A DNA stretch of 64,000 nt, from NCBI GenBank assembly GCA_010093705.1, contig MU006096.1:394004-458003 (forward strand), in the 5' to 3' direction. The stretch comes from Patellaria atrata CBS 101060. Taxonomy: Eukaryota. The translations under genes were made by a program, and so were the position numbers. Under the pieces are notes generated by a model. The model did not search any database and was not told where the DNA came from. It was given only the letters and a program-made list of their open reading frames with translations. Below, piece after piece: positions 48,502 to 59,851 of this stretch; position 1 is the stretch's first letter, and every line of letters begins with the position of its first letter.

Positions 48502-51500
48502 ATGGATATCTTTATTCGCAATGTTCCACCTCAGTCTACTGACAAAGAGCTCACCAAATTCTTCAAATACCCCCTGGAACAGATATCTGTGCATGTATAT
48601 GCCGTCCAGAAAATGAAGGGGAAACCATTTGCTAAGCTCACCCTACCTCGCAAGGATGCTGCTGAGTTATTTCTCCAGAGATATGGCTCTGCACAACCCA
48701 TCAGCACAATCAACTTTCAGAAGCAGCCACAAGGAACAAGCCCCAGAGTTGGCCCTTTCCCATTCAACAACACTATTCCTCGACAACAACAACCTAATTA
48801 CCAGACGGGAGGCCAGGCGAAAACATTACTCTTCCAGCGTCAAATGATGAATATCTCCCGGAGTAATACTACACCTGACCGCTTTCTTCTCCAGTCCTTG
48901 GAGGCCCAAGAAAAGGCTTTACTAAATAGGAAGTCCAAAGGTTTAACAACCGGTACGGTAGCACATCCAACTACTCATGCATATTCACCATTTGCGGTAC
49001 GGTCTCTCGCATGTGGTATATGGGAATACCGTACAGGCAGCCTTGGATTTACTCCACTCTATGAAGATAATAGAACGGGTCGGGTGATATTTGGAAGAAA
49101 TTCACTTGTGATCATATTACACTCTGCGTCTGCCATTAAACCAGTGCGGCTAGATGTTGCCTACCATTCCATTGACTGTATCATCACCGGTGGCTACCAA
49201 AATCCAAGTGTAACCCTCAGTCTTACAAACGCTCCGAAGTTTTATGAGGAGCATGCTGCTGTAGACGGTTCGCTTGACGCTCTTTCTGCTCAGCTAGCTA
49301 CTATAGCGCTCGGTTCACCTTCAAATTCGACTAGCCCTAATGCGAGGTTCGGTATTCCCAAGTCGACAAAGGTGAGAGTACCCAGTTTCGGCGTCGACCA
49401 TGAAGGGATTGCAAGCACCTGTTTCGTCTATCGACTGGCATTGGTGAGCTGGGCAGATGTCCAAAGCATTCATCATATGTTTCGCTCGAATCCGGGATTC
49501 CCCTCCAATATCCCTCTAGATGTTACTGTACTGCCACGTCGTGCTTTTAGGCAGGAACTCGACTCGCTCATATCTGCTCTAGCCAATTACAATGTCTTAG
49601 GTCAGATGCCATTCGGAGTACGGTTTCAACTACAAAAACTCGCAGTTAATGGTATTCTAAGCCCTCATGTCGTTATAGGACTTGTCCCAGCTGTCACAGG
49701 GATTCTAAAACGACATGGGTCACTCCCAAGTGAAGAGGCCTTGAGGCAATTAGGAGACACAATGTCCTTACCTGGACCACATGTTGACCCTTCACATTTT
49801 GATCCGGAAGAATTGGCTCATTACGTTGAGGACTTGGCTGGAAAGTTCCGATACTCAGGATCGATGTATGAGCTTAGAGACCGACATCGTCATATCGTCC
49901 TCGCCTATCGGGCAATGGTAACTCCAGCCGGTACATACCTCGAGGGGCCAACACAAGAAGTAATAAACCGTGTGTTACGAAAGTATCCGCAGCATGTGGA
50001 TTACTTTATCCGGGTGACTTTCGCGGACGAGGATGGAGAAATGGTGCGATACGACCCGATTGCTTCAATGTCTCAGATATTCCATGGGAGATTTCAAGGT
50101 ATCCTTGATCGTGGTATTAGCATCGCTGGTCGCACATATATGTTCCTTGGATTTTCCCATTCATCGTTACGCTCACAATCCTGTTGGTTCATGGCGCCCT
50201 TCGTTCAGGGGAAGGGCCTGATCCACGCGAAGGATGTGATTAAGAACCTTGGAAACTTCTCCGATATTCGAAGCCCAGCTAAATGCGCCGCTAGGATAGG
50301 ACAGGCATTTTCAGATACCACGGCGGCCATACCCCTGACCATGGAAAGTATAGGAGTTCTGCCTGATATTAAAAGAAATGGCCGCGTATTCAGCGATGGC
50401 GTCGGCACGATTTCCAAAGCTCTTTTGCATCGCGTTTGGCAAGAATGGTCTTTCGGTAACAAGCGCAAACCAACGTGCCTTCAGATTCGGTTTGCTGGTA
50501 AGTTCGTTGAAAACGATAAACCTCATGATGGCTCAACTAATTTGTCCGTAATAGGAGCCAAGGGCATGGTCTCCCTCGATGAAAGACTTCAAGGCGAAAA
50601 GCTAAATCTGCGGGAGTCTATGCTGAAATTTAACGCTCCTAGTCAAGACTTAGAACTCTGTGGTGCAAACTTCAAACCTCTACCATTGTATCTGAACCGT
50701 CAATTTATTAAGATTCTAGAGGACCTCGGAATACCGGCGAATGTTTTCCTAGACCTTCAGACGGTGATGATTGAAAAACTGAGACGGGTAACCCTTTCTC
50801 CTATTAATGCTGCATACTTCCTGGAGACAAATTTCGTTGGTAAAGGAGCTGGAATACCATCGCTTATTCGACTATTGGACGATATAGGTCTTCCTTTTCA
50901 ACAAGACGACTTCTTACGAGATACTGTCGAGATTGCAGTGCTTGTACAGCTTCGTGACCTGAAGCATCGAGCACGTATCTTCATTGAGGGTGGCTATACG
51001 CTTTTGGGGATCGTTGACGAAACAAATACTCTAAAAGAGGGGGAGATCTACTGCGTTGTTGAAACGCACAGTGGGTCCAGACATGAGCTCGTTCGTGATC
51101 GGGTCGCAATTACTCGCGCTCCTGCAATGCATCCAGGAGATATACAAGTAGTCCGGGCGGTGACTGTTCCGAAAGATTCCCCTTTGAAAGCATTAACCAA
51201 CTGCGTGGTCTTCAGTCAGCAAGGTGCTCGAGATCTTCCGAGCGAGCTGAGTGGAGGTGATTTGGATGGAGACCTATATAACGTCATCTACGATCCAGCT
51301 CTGATACCAAGAATGTCATATGAGCCAGCTGATTATCCGAGAGTCCCACCATTAGATATTGGACGGGAAGTTTTGAGTGAAGATATAACTAGATTCTTCG
51401 TTCAGTTTATGGAGACAGATCAACTGGGTCGGATATCGAACCTTCACGTCCAGAAGGCGGACATGGTCGATGATGGTGTTTGTAACCCAGAATGTGTGCA

Positions 51501-52475
51501 GCTCGCTGGACTCGCCTCTACCGCCGTTGACTTTTCAAAAACTGGAATTCCGGCAAGTCTCATTGAATTGAAGTTATATTCTTACTGACACCTAGACTAG
51601 GTCAACTTGAATGATATTCCAAAAGCAGGGAGGGTTCGTCCTGACTTCATGGCTCCTGGCCCTCGTGTTATAATTGAGGATAAGGGAGATATTGATATCA
51701 AATTCGAGGATCCAGAAGATGGACTTGAAGAGGAGGACCCGGTGTCCGCCCTTGACCCATATAGGTTCCGTTACCGCTTCTACGAAAGCGACAAAGTTCT
51801 GGGTAAATTATATCGAGCTATAGATGAAGGTCGATTCTTCGACGAGTTACACAGGCAGGGAAAGCAGTTCGCAGAATCTCTGGCCTCGACCATGTCGTTT
51901 ATGCAAAGGTTGTGGAAGTATGTTGAGAAGGATATGATGCTGATCCAATGGGAACATAACAAAGACCTTGCGAGGGAGATACGGAATAGGTAAGTACCCC
52001 GCATTTCTCTTCTCTGTGTCTACTAACGCAAACCCCAAGTTATGAAACAAACCTCCTCGACGTCATGGCTTCTTACTCCCCTCATCACAAATACCCGCTC
52101 ACGGAACTCGAAGTCTTTTCCGGCAGCATCCTAGGGAAGTCCGCCGGCGCCAACAACAAGCGGGTCCGCGAGCAAGCAACGGCAATGAAAGAGCGTTTCG
52201 AGCGCGACGTCGAATTCACCGTCGAGCGCATCACACAAGGGGAGGAGGAACATGGCGCCGAAGCCCTCGATCTCGCCATCGCGTGCTTCGCTATCGGAGT
52301 CCAGGAGCCAGGTGCCAGAGTCCAGAAGGGCAGACCAGAGACACTGAAGAGCTGGACGTACGTTGCGGCCGGCGTGTGTCTGGGGGAGATGGAGAAATTC
52401 AGGTTCAAAGCGACGGGCTTGAAATATGGGAGGGTCCCGTTGAAGAAGATAGAGGCTAGTGAATGGGCATTCTAG
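48502..52475 (+). CDS. RNA-dependent RNA polymerase (eukaryotic RNAi RdRP with N-terminal RRM-like region)
   Basis: RRM-like start MDIFIRNVP. Motifs NRVLRKY, FLGFSHSSLR, PAKCAARIGQAFS, FSDGVGTIS, QIRFAG|AKG, RAPAMHPGDIQ, catalytic LSGGDLDGDLY and AVDFSKTG. Introns at 50498-50554, 51553-51600 and ~51990-52039. Confidence 0.96.
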
Positions 52476-53558
52476 TTCAAAATCCGCGGAGGGGATCTGG
52501 GGCGGGGTTTTTCGGTTCGTCTCATGACATAGGGATTTACTTACTTAAGATGACGGTTACGAGCTGGGGAGGACTTCTGTGTTGGGCCTTAGCTGGAAGC
52601 GATTAGCATGATACTCATGATTTACGATGGCATGACCGGATCACGGTGGCGCTCCGGTGTCTTTTTCGCTCTATGAGCTTGGGAGGAACCTATTAGGGAG
52701 AATTAGCTATGGCTATAGTCCCTCGCCTTTCCGGCGGAATGGTAGACTTAGGCCGGGGTATAAGGCTTTCAAATGTACTGTAGATGACCGATGAATGAAA
52801 GCCGATATGCTTCACCGAGCACCGGATCAAATAAGAGAAGTCGTGTTTCAGCAGAATCTGAAGAAGAATCCGAGGAAGAGGGTATAACCGCCCTCACGGT
52901 CGTACACCTCCTTCCCGATAATACAGTATAGAACATCAAACACGGAGTGCACCGCCAAAGTAGCACAGTACCCTCCAAGGCAACCAACCCATAAGGCAAC
53001 CTCCAGGCTCACACCCCCCACCCGAAACCAGCACCTTTACCGCGCGCAAGAGGCGTCTATCTTACCTTCATGTCGCACTCGACGTCTGCGCCTCGATTAA
53101 GGTTTACGGCGCACGCTAGATAAGCGAGTGCCTTCCCTGTCAGTGTTGTGATTGGCCCAAAGTTTGGCCATGGGTGTTTGAAGTTTTGAAATGGCAGGGA
53201 TGCGGGGATAAGCCTCCTTTGCGGTCTGGTCTGACTTCACCTCGTGGCGACCCGGTTTTGGTGCGTATCAGGGGATTTACGTTGGATCGGAGGAGGCCTT
53301 TGGTGGGGTGTGTGATGCTGTCATGATATGGAGACACAGCCCGTGTGGTTTAGGCTTCAGGTTTGAAGGAGGAGGGAGGAGGGGGGATATATCGTGTTTG
53401 AGCCCTCGTGCGGATGGGTTTGTTTGCCTTGGATTTTTGCGTTGTATGGTTTATCGCATCGCACCATATACCATATCCTGCCTATCTACCCTACATCGAT
53501 ATCAACATCAACATCTCTCTCAAACAACAGCACACTCCCTACCAACCCACCATACCAC

Positions 53559-53853
53559 AATGAACACCCCAACCATAACAGCAGCCGACTACATCCTCAT
53601 CTCCCCTCCGAGCCTCCCAACCGAGAGTGGTAGCCCGCAAGACGGACCCTCGCGCCCGACACCGCGGCGACGCCCAACCGGCACGCCCACCTGGGGCCGC
53701 TACTGCGACTGCTGCCAGGCGTACAACCACGGCATCGACCCTCGGCGCATCGTGGTGCGGCAGGCCTCGGGGGAAACGATACCGCAGAGGCGGAGGCGGA
53801 GGGGGAGTTTGAGTCTGCGGAGGGTTATTGGGAGGTTTAGGAGTGGGAAGTGA
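53559..53853 (+). CDS. Small hypothetical Pro/Arg-rich protein with CDCC..H motif
   Basis: ATG in good context (CACAATG) near 53559 within ORF 53308-53853. GC-rich, coding-like composition. May splice further at GTGAGT at 53850. Confidence 0.4.
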
Positions 53854-54974
53854 GTACTGTACTGTACAGTGCCCAGGATTCAGGATTAGGGGAGGGGGTG
53901 AGAGGTGAAGAGATGAGGGCATGGTGAAAGGAGGTAAGTTTTTCTAGTAAAGGAGTTGGGGGATGTGTGCTTATGCTTCGTGGTAGGGAGCACAGTACCA
54001 TCGGGAGAATTTGGGGGATTTGGGGAAGGTGAGTGTACTTCTGAATCTCCGCTTTGTTACGTATGTATTGACTGTTCTGGAAGATTAGGAGTTTGACGCA
54101 TGTTTCTTGGTTGAACGTTTCTCTTAGGTTAATATTCGTTCTATGGGTCGCTTAACGGTGCTTTTGCGACGGGCGTTGAGTTTGGTTATGACGAGTTTGA
54201 TGTCTGCATTCGTACATTTAGTATACAGAGATTGTCTTTCAGATAGTTATACGTCTCTATCCCAGCGTTTAAGGTGTAAGAGAATAAGATAATCCCAAGA
54301 TGCATTACGCAACTAAGGTCGTTGGTCTTGAGTACTGAGTTGACTAGCTTCCGGCCTCATGAATGTTATACTAGACATCAGCAATAGAGCTCGATCTCGT
54401 GTAGAATTGAAATCTTCTTTAAGTCATCCATGAGGCGAGGTACTGTTTCCGGTGAGGATATGTCCCATATCAAGACATTGTCTGCCGATAAGTTGTCTAT
54501 GTCCTTCTGCGCAGCCACAGTCGAGCTCTCTTTACTTTTGACCGAACGAGCGGCCAAAGCACGCTCCTACTTAGGGCCACTCGAAGGGGAAATAGATCGA
54601 GAAAGCAGAGAGCGTCTGGAGGAGTCCTCAATTTTAGTGAGCCGCGGTAAAAGATGGGAGACTTGTGTAACAAGGTACTTAGATTGACGTTTCAAGGATC
54701 TTGTTCTCTCATCCTTTCCGATCTGGCGTTTTTGTACAAAATGATCTATTTGTAGGAATTTACTGATCCGTACCACGACCTATGTGTACAGTGCAGGATG
54801 ATGCATTGCAGTCACTCACCTGTATCAGGTGCCCGGATTGTACTCTGAGGGTAGATTGCACTTAAGGAATAGCAGTTCTCCATGAGTGTGGTGACTAAAC
54901 AGCAGATGATGTTACATCTTCAACGTTAAGAAATATCCATCAGACTCCATGACGGTAAGTCAGCGCATAGTACA

Positions 54975-57518
54975 CTAGATAATCACCAAGGGTGGTTCCT
55001 TTGTAATCCGTTCTGTGATCTCCTCATCCGTGCTACCATACTCATCCAACATCTCGCCGTTCATCCAGCCCTGGACATATATTGAGCCTTGGAAACGGAA
55101 ACGTTCCTGGCGTGGCTCTAGGATCACTGGAACACTACAGCCTAGGAGTATGCAAAGCTTCCAACCTACTTTTACGTGTCTGGGAGCAAGACCCATGTAT
55201 CCCTTTTTTGTGATTGTAAGTGTCCTTCCGCGTGTCATTTTTAGTATCTGTTCAAATTCGTCATGCGGCGAAGGGTCCACATGAGCTGGTCTCCTAGTCA
55301 TTCGGGCTCTAGAATCGATGGATTCGCATCTGGAGCCACCTAACGGGTCTCCTCTCAGCAGACTCAATAACTGATCCCTCGCTTCATCAGGTGTTAACGA
55401 AACCCCATTCCGATGAGCATGACGTTCAGCTACCAGAAGCCACCCCTCTATATTCAATGGCCCATCAGGAATGGGACAAAGGATTTCGATTATATCAACC
55501 ACTGTCCCCGTACATACCAGTGCTGCATCATCAAGGAAATAACAAGCTGCAGGCACGTTCCCTCGAGATGCTTCATATAGAGGTTTATCGAAGTTTGGGA
55601 TATCTTCGAAATAGACGAAGGAGACACGATCTTCTTGTATCAAACTACTGTGAGATGGGAACAGTCTCCAGTCTGGACACCACGAAGGCATATCTTCATA
55701 GTCTTCCAGCCCACTTGGGTGAGCGGCGCATATGATATCGAGCTTCTTGTAGGTTGAAATGTAGGCCTTAGCGAAGTCTATGTAAACCTGACGAACTGAC
55801 TTGGTATAGTCTGATTTTATGTCCAAATCACATGTGTCGGATGCAAGATTCATGAGGGCATATATCTTATCGCGGGGGTCAGTACATCCTGGAAAACCTA
55901 TAGTGAGAGCAACGTGAAGGAAGCTAGTAGGTTTAGACAGCTTCCGCAGCTGACGATGATATGCTAAACGGTGCGTTTGACTTACAACACCCATGCGAGC
56001 AGAGAAATATTCTCCAGGACGTAATTCTGGATCCTCTTTTATGGGAGCTACAAACTGGTCTAAATGGACGATCATCATTCTCGTTAGGATGTGGAATCGT
56101 TCCCATCTGCAGAATTTTCGGCCACAGAAAACACAGAGTAAGGAACTATTCGCTATTTCTTGAACTGGCCAAAGTCGGCGAAAATAAGGCCTTGCTAGCA
56201 AATGCACGAGGATGTCCACGTAGACTGAAATATTTTCTTCGTAGCTGGGCGCTTCGGCCTTGGGATTAAAATTTATGATGAAATCCATGGCTCTATCACT
56301 TGCCTCATTACCTGGACCGAGCCAAGCGATAACAGAGTCAGCATTCTCATAGATTTTATGCATGCGGCGAACCTCTCGACTTCGCTCATGTACGTTTTCC
56401 TGGTCAATTGAAATCGCGTCGGCCCAGATAGTTAGAGGGTGACTTTTTTGGCGTATGTCACGCAACGCAAGCTCAAGGTTTTCGGTAATCATCATGCTCC
56501 GCCCGTTGATAAGAATCCGTGATGTACGAGTAGGGTTTCCCCACGCGTACGACAGACATGTATACGCAACCTCGCCGCCGAGTCTTTCGTAAGCAAAATG
56601 AGCTATCAGTGGCGAAGATGGATCCTCTGCTGGTAATAGCACAATGAGCCTTATCTCGCCAGCTATTACGTCCAGCGGAAGGTATCTGTAGGGTAATACA
56701 CGAGGGTCACTGAGATCCCCAAAAGTCAATTCCCCAACATGATTCGGGAAATAGTTTGCACCCTGTCTCCTCTGGGTTGTTGGAGAGTCCCAGCTCTTTG
56801 CACGGCTCTGATCCGGGTTGGATATGATTGCTTTATCCAGAAGCTCGTCCAGATAGTCATTGAGATTGAGATATCGACAGGAATGATCAAAGACCCATTC
56901 GAAGCGAGGATTATTATAATGCCTTCTTTTCTCGTCTAGGTCCTCTTGGTTGAAACAGAGTTCGCGGATCCAAAGAAGCAATGGTCGTCGTTCCTGGCGA
57001 AAATGTCTTAGAAAAAGCTCCACGTTCTTGGTAACAACCATGGCTCTGCCATCTACAACGATACTGCTGACAGAATCTTTATGACCTCTTGTATTCCGTA
57101 CGTGCAGATAACAGTATTTGTCATGCGTTAGAGAAGCAGCCAAGAGATGGCACTGTACTGGTGCGATTGGATCCCCTCGATGAGGATCCAAGACCAGTAG
57201 ACGTATTTCATCCCTCTCATCATTCAACGGGGCGTATTCATAGGTAGGTAGTGTGCTTGGATCTGGACTTTGTAGACATTCAAACTTAGGGATCCGGGGA
57301 CTTCCATGAACATGAACATAGCACTCAATCTTCTTCTCATAATCCCCGTCATCGCCTGACACGGGGTTTTCAATGTAGGCGGGAGGCTGAGGAACTCCTC
57401 TTTCATCATTGATATCTTGACACGGCTGAGTATCGTAATCATCCATAACTTCAGTACCTCTGGGAAGCTGCTGGGTTCTTCGTGTGTCGTCGGCAGAGTC
57501 ACTGTTGATATGGAGCAT
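54975..57518 (-). CDS. Heterokaryon-incompatibility protein: degenerate HET repeat + intact HET-6-like domain
   Basis: Intronless 847-aa ORF. Canonical HET motifs EIRLIVL, YTCLSYAWG, IWADAISIDQEN..ERSREVRRMHKIYENADSVIAWLG, YFRRLWPVQEI and CTDPRDKIYAL, plus the HET-6-type C-terminus GYMGLAP...ILLGCSVPVIL...YVQGWMNGE. Confidence 0.92.
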   Translation of the reverse strand: MLHINSDSADDTRRTQQLPRGTEVMDDYDTQPCQDINDERGVPQPPAYIENPVSGDDGDYEKKIECYVHVHGSPRIPKFECLQSPDPSTLPTYEYAPLNDERDEIRLLVLDPHRGDPIAPVQCHLLAASLTHDKYCYLHVRNTRGHKDSVSSIVVDGRAMVVTKNVELFLRHFRQERRPLLLWIRELCFNQEDLDEKRRHYNNPRFEWVFDHSCRYLNLNDYLDELLDKAIISNPDQSRAKSWDSPTTQRRQGANYFPNHVGELTFGDLSDPRVLPYRYLPLDVIAGEIRLIVLLPAEDPSSPLIAHFAYERLGGEVAYTCLSYAWGNPTRTSRILINGRSMMITENLELALRDIRQKSHPLTIWADAISIDQENVHERSREVRRMHKIYENADSVIAWLGPGNEASDRAMDFIINFNPKAEAPSYEENISVYVDILVHLLARPYFRRLWPVQEIANSSLLCVFCGRKFCRWERFHILTRMMIVHLDQFVAPIKEDPELRPGEYFSARMGVVSQTHRLAYHRQLRKLSKPTSFLHVALTIGFPGCTDPRDKIYALMNLASDTCDLDIKSDYTKSVRQVYIDFAKAYISTYKKLDIICAAHPSGLEDYEDMPSWCPDWRLFPSHSSLIQEDRVSFVYFEDIPNFDKPLYEASRGNVPAACYFLDDAALVCTGTVVDIIEILCPIPDGPLNIEGWLLVAERHAHRNGVSLTPDEARDQLLSLLRGDPLGGSRCESIDSRARMTRRPAHVDPSPHDEFEQILKMTRGRTLTITKKGYMGLAPRHVKVGWKLCILLGCSVPVILEPRQERFRFQGSIYVQGWMNGEMLDEYGSTDEEITERITKEPPLVII

Positions 57519-57806
57519 TCACATCTGAAAGGACTTGAAGAATCGAGCTTTAACTATTCACTTTGGGAGGTTCTAAGCCACGACTCTACGAGCGATCGAG
57601 GTGGGATTCCCTCCAGCAAATGCAGCCGTCTAGCCTCGTCGATGGGGTGTAGCGTCACGAGTTTCCCAACAACAAATCATAGCTGCAATGAATACCATTT
57701 CTTCCCTGATGCTTTGATAGATTTGACAGCTTACCTTATCAGTGGATAATACTGAGACTGCGGACAAGGAGAGGGCTGAGTTCTCCTTGTGCTGCATCCA
57801 AGGCTT

Positions 57807-58047
57807 GGTAACATTAGTCGTGGGACTGCAAACCACCCAAAATCGATGGGACCACCAAAACACCTTTAGTCTAAGGTTGAAATAACAACATTACAGTGAT
57901 AGTTATAAGTCGAGACTAAGGAAATATATTATAATTAATACGGTGATTTTAGTGGTGCTTCCATAATTTTGATATACTTTAAAATTCGTAATTAGGATTG
58001 CTCGTAGAACAAGGTGAATTTTTGGCAGTCCCACGACTAATGTTACC
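57807..58047. mobile_element. MITE-like non-autonomous element with perfect 23-bp terminal inverted repeats
   Basis: GGTAACATTAGTCGTGGGACTGC (57807-57829) is the exact reverse complement of 58025-58047. There is an imperfect internal IR (57846-57864 vs 57942-57964) and an AT-rich non-coding interior. No target-site duplication visible. Confidence 0.7.
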
Positions 58048-58853
58048 GCCCGTTATTCTGCCGAACTTTATCCGGGGCAGAACTAAGGCGGTGAGTAAGA
58101 TACCATAAAAGGGGTAACTTGTTCGTCTTCACGTTCACCACAAGAAAGGAGCTGCAACAGGACGGTACAACGCCAAAATCGAGTACGTTCTTTTGAGTAT
58201 CAAGGTATATCATTCGTCACAGTTTTGTCCTCACCACAAGATACACCCGGAAACTACTTATAGAACATTAAAGCGCGAAGGGTATTGATATGCCATACGT
58301 ATGAAGGGGAGTTCTTTTCTTCGTACAATCATACTGCTTCTTTTTGCTCCTTCATTTACTTCTAAATTAGAGCGCTAAGCTACCGTATGCATGGAAACCC
58401 AATCAACCGCTCGAAACGGGATACAATTAGTTGGGTGTTTCTACCGATAGCAAATGAAAAAAGAGAGCACAATAGGAGACCCTCCCGTAGGCCCCCCCCC
58501 TTTGGAACAAAGAAACGATATCTCATCGTCACAAACCGGCCGCTAGAAAAGAATTTTGCAGAGCAACTCCTGCAACCTTAACTAGATATCCTAGAAAGCA
58601 GACGTGTGTACTGTACACCAAACATGAATTTCAAAGTGCCTCCATATCATAAAAGAGCGCATTTCTCCCCTCTCCCGTTTTCTACTTCATTCTTATTCGA
58701 ATTATCGCTTGGAAAAAAACAACACATCTCCCGATGCATCTACTCCTAAGTCATTCCCCCAAACCTCCAATTCGATTGATATAAAACAAATCCTATCACT
58801 CTAAGGGACCCCTCACCCCTCTCATCCACTCTACCAATCAACGCCTCACACCA

Positions 58854-59210
58854 ATGTGCCACCCCCACCAGGTCCTCTATGCCTGCGGTCACCCTGGCGC
58901 TTTCCACCTTATCCCTTGCCCCTCTGCCCTTCATCAGCCATCCCCATCTCGCTGCTCCTATTACCGCGAAACAGAGACCTACGAACGATCGCGGAAGGTG
59001 TGTCGGTTGTGCTACGCCGTGAAGGACACTCCAATCGGCGCGACTCCGGGAGGCGAATGTGGTGGTGGGAGTGGGGAATGTAGGAGTCTGGATGAGGATG
59101 GGCTGGAGATAGAGCGTCTAGAGGGTCGGGAGGTCTGGGTCATCAGGAAGAGGAAGAGGAGGAGGGCGAGGTACGTTCTTTGTGAGATGGGAAGGTGGAA
59201 GGATGGTTGA
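58854..59210 (+). CDS. Small Cys/His-rich protein of the fungal 'MC...Y.CGH...C..C' type
   Basis: MCHPHQVLYACGH...C...C...CRLC followed by an acidic and then a basic (RKRKRRR) tail. TATAAAA lies about 70 bp upstream. Confidence 0.65.
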   Translation: MCHPHQVLYACGHPGAFHLIPCPSALHQPSPSRCSYYRETETYERSRKVCRLCYAVKDTPIGATPGGECGGGSGECRSLDEDGLEIERLEGREVWVIRKRKRRRARYVLCEMGRWKDG

Positions 59211-59851
59211 GGGGGTTTGGAAACATATGTGGAAGTGCTGGAGGGAGTTGAAGGGGATTTGGGAGGGGGGCTTTGAAGGCAATGGGGTGAATATGCCTTT
59301 GTTGAAGTTTGCTCTGTACTTGTGGTGTTTGTGCGACTGAGAATTGTTAGAATTGAAGTACAAAGAACATAGAAGGGTAATTTCACGAATGCACATATGA
59401 CCTGAGAGTTATCACAAGTGATTTTATTCTCTATCTAAGGACATTCCATAATTCATTTCGACATCACCGTCATGAACCATGTTGCCGTAGAATTTCCACT
59501 GAAGAGACCATCCATCATGTCAGGGTGGCAAATTGAGGATAAGTCACCGTTAGTCCAACATGCACCAGAGAATAAGAGAGTTGCCATAAAGCAGAAGGAA
59601 AGGGTCATGCAGTCCGAGATGCCATAAATCCAATCGACCCAGTCCATCACATCCACAGATGTGGGAAAAACAGAGCAGGGGAAGATATAAGAGATGTAGA
59701 ACCAAAGGGGAAGATGAAAGCAAGGAAACCGATCCACTTGAAGAGCAAAGAACCTGCATCAATGATGCTTTTAGAGCCAGTTAGGTGAAGGGGCTAATAG
59801 AGTCGATGATCAGCTAGCATTCAGCCGCGCGGACTGGTAGCTGCTATGAGT

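Noticed and set aside
59453..59762. Hydrophobic minus-strand ORFs after Argonaute
   Set aside because: Pyrimidine-rich 3' UTR-like sequence with no coding signature.
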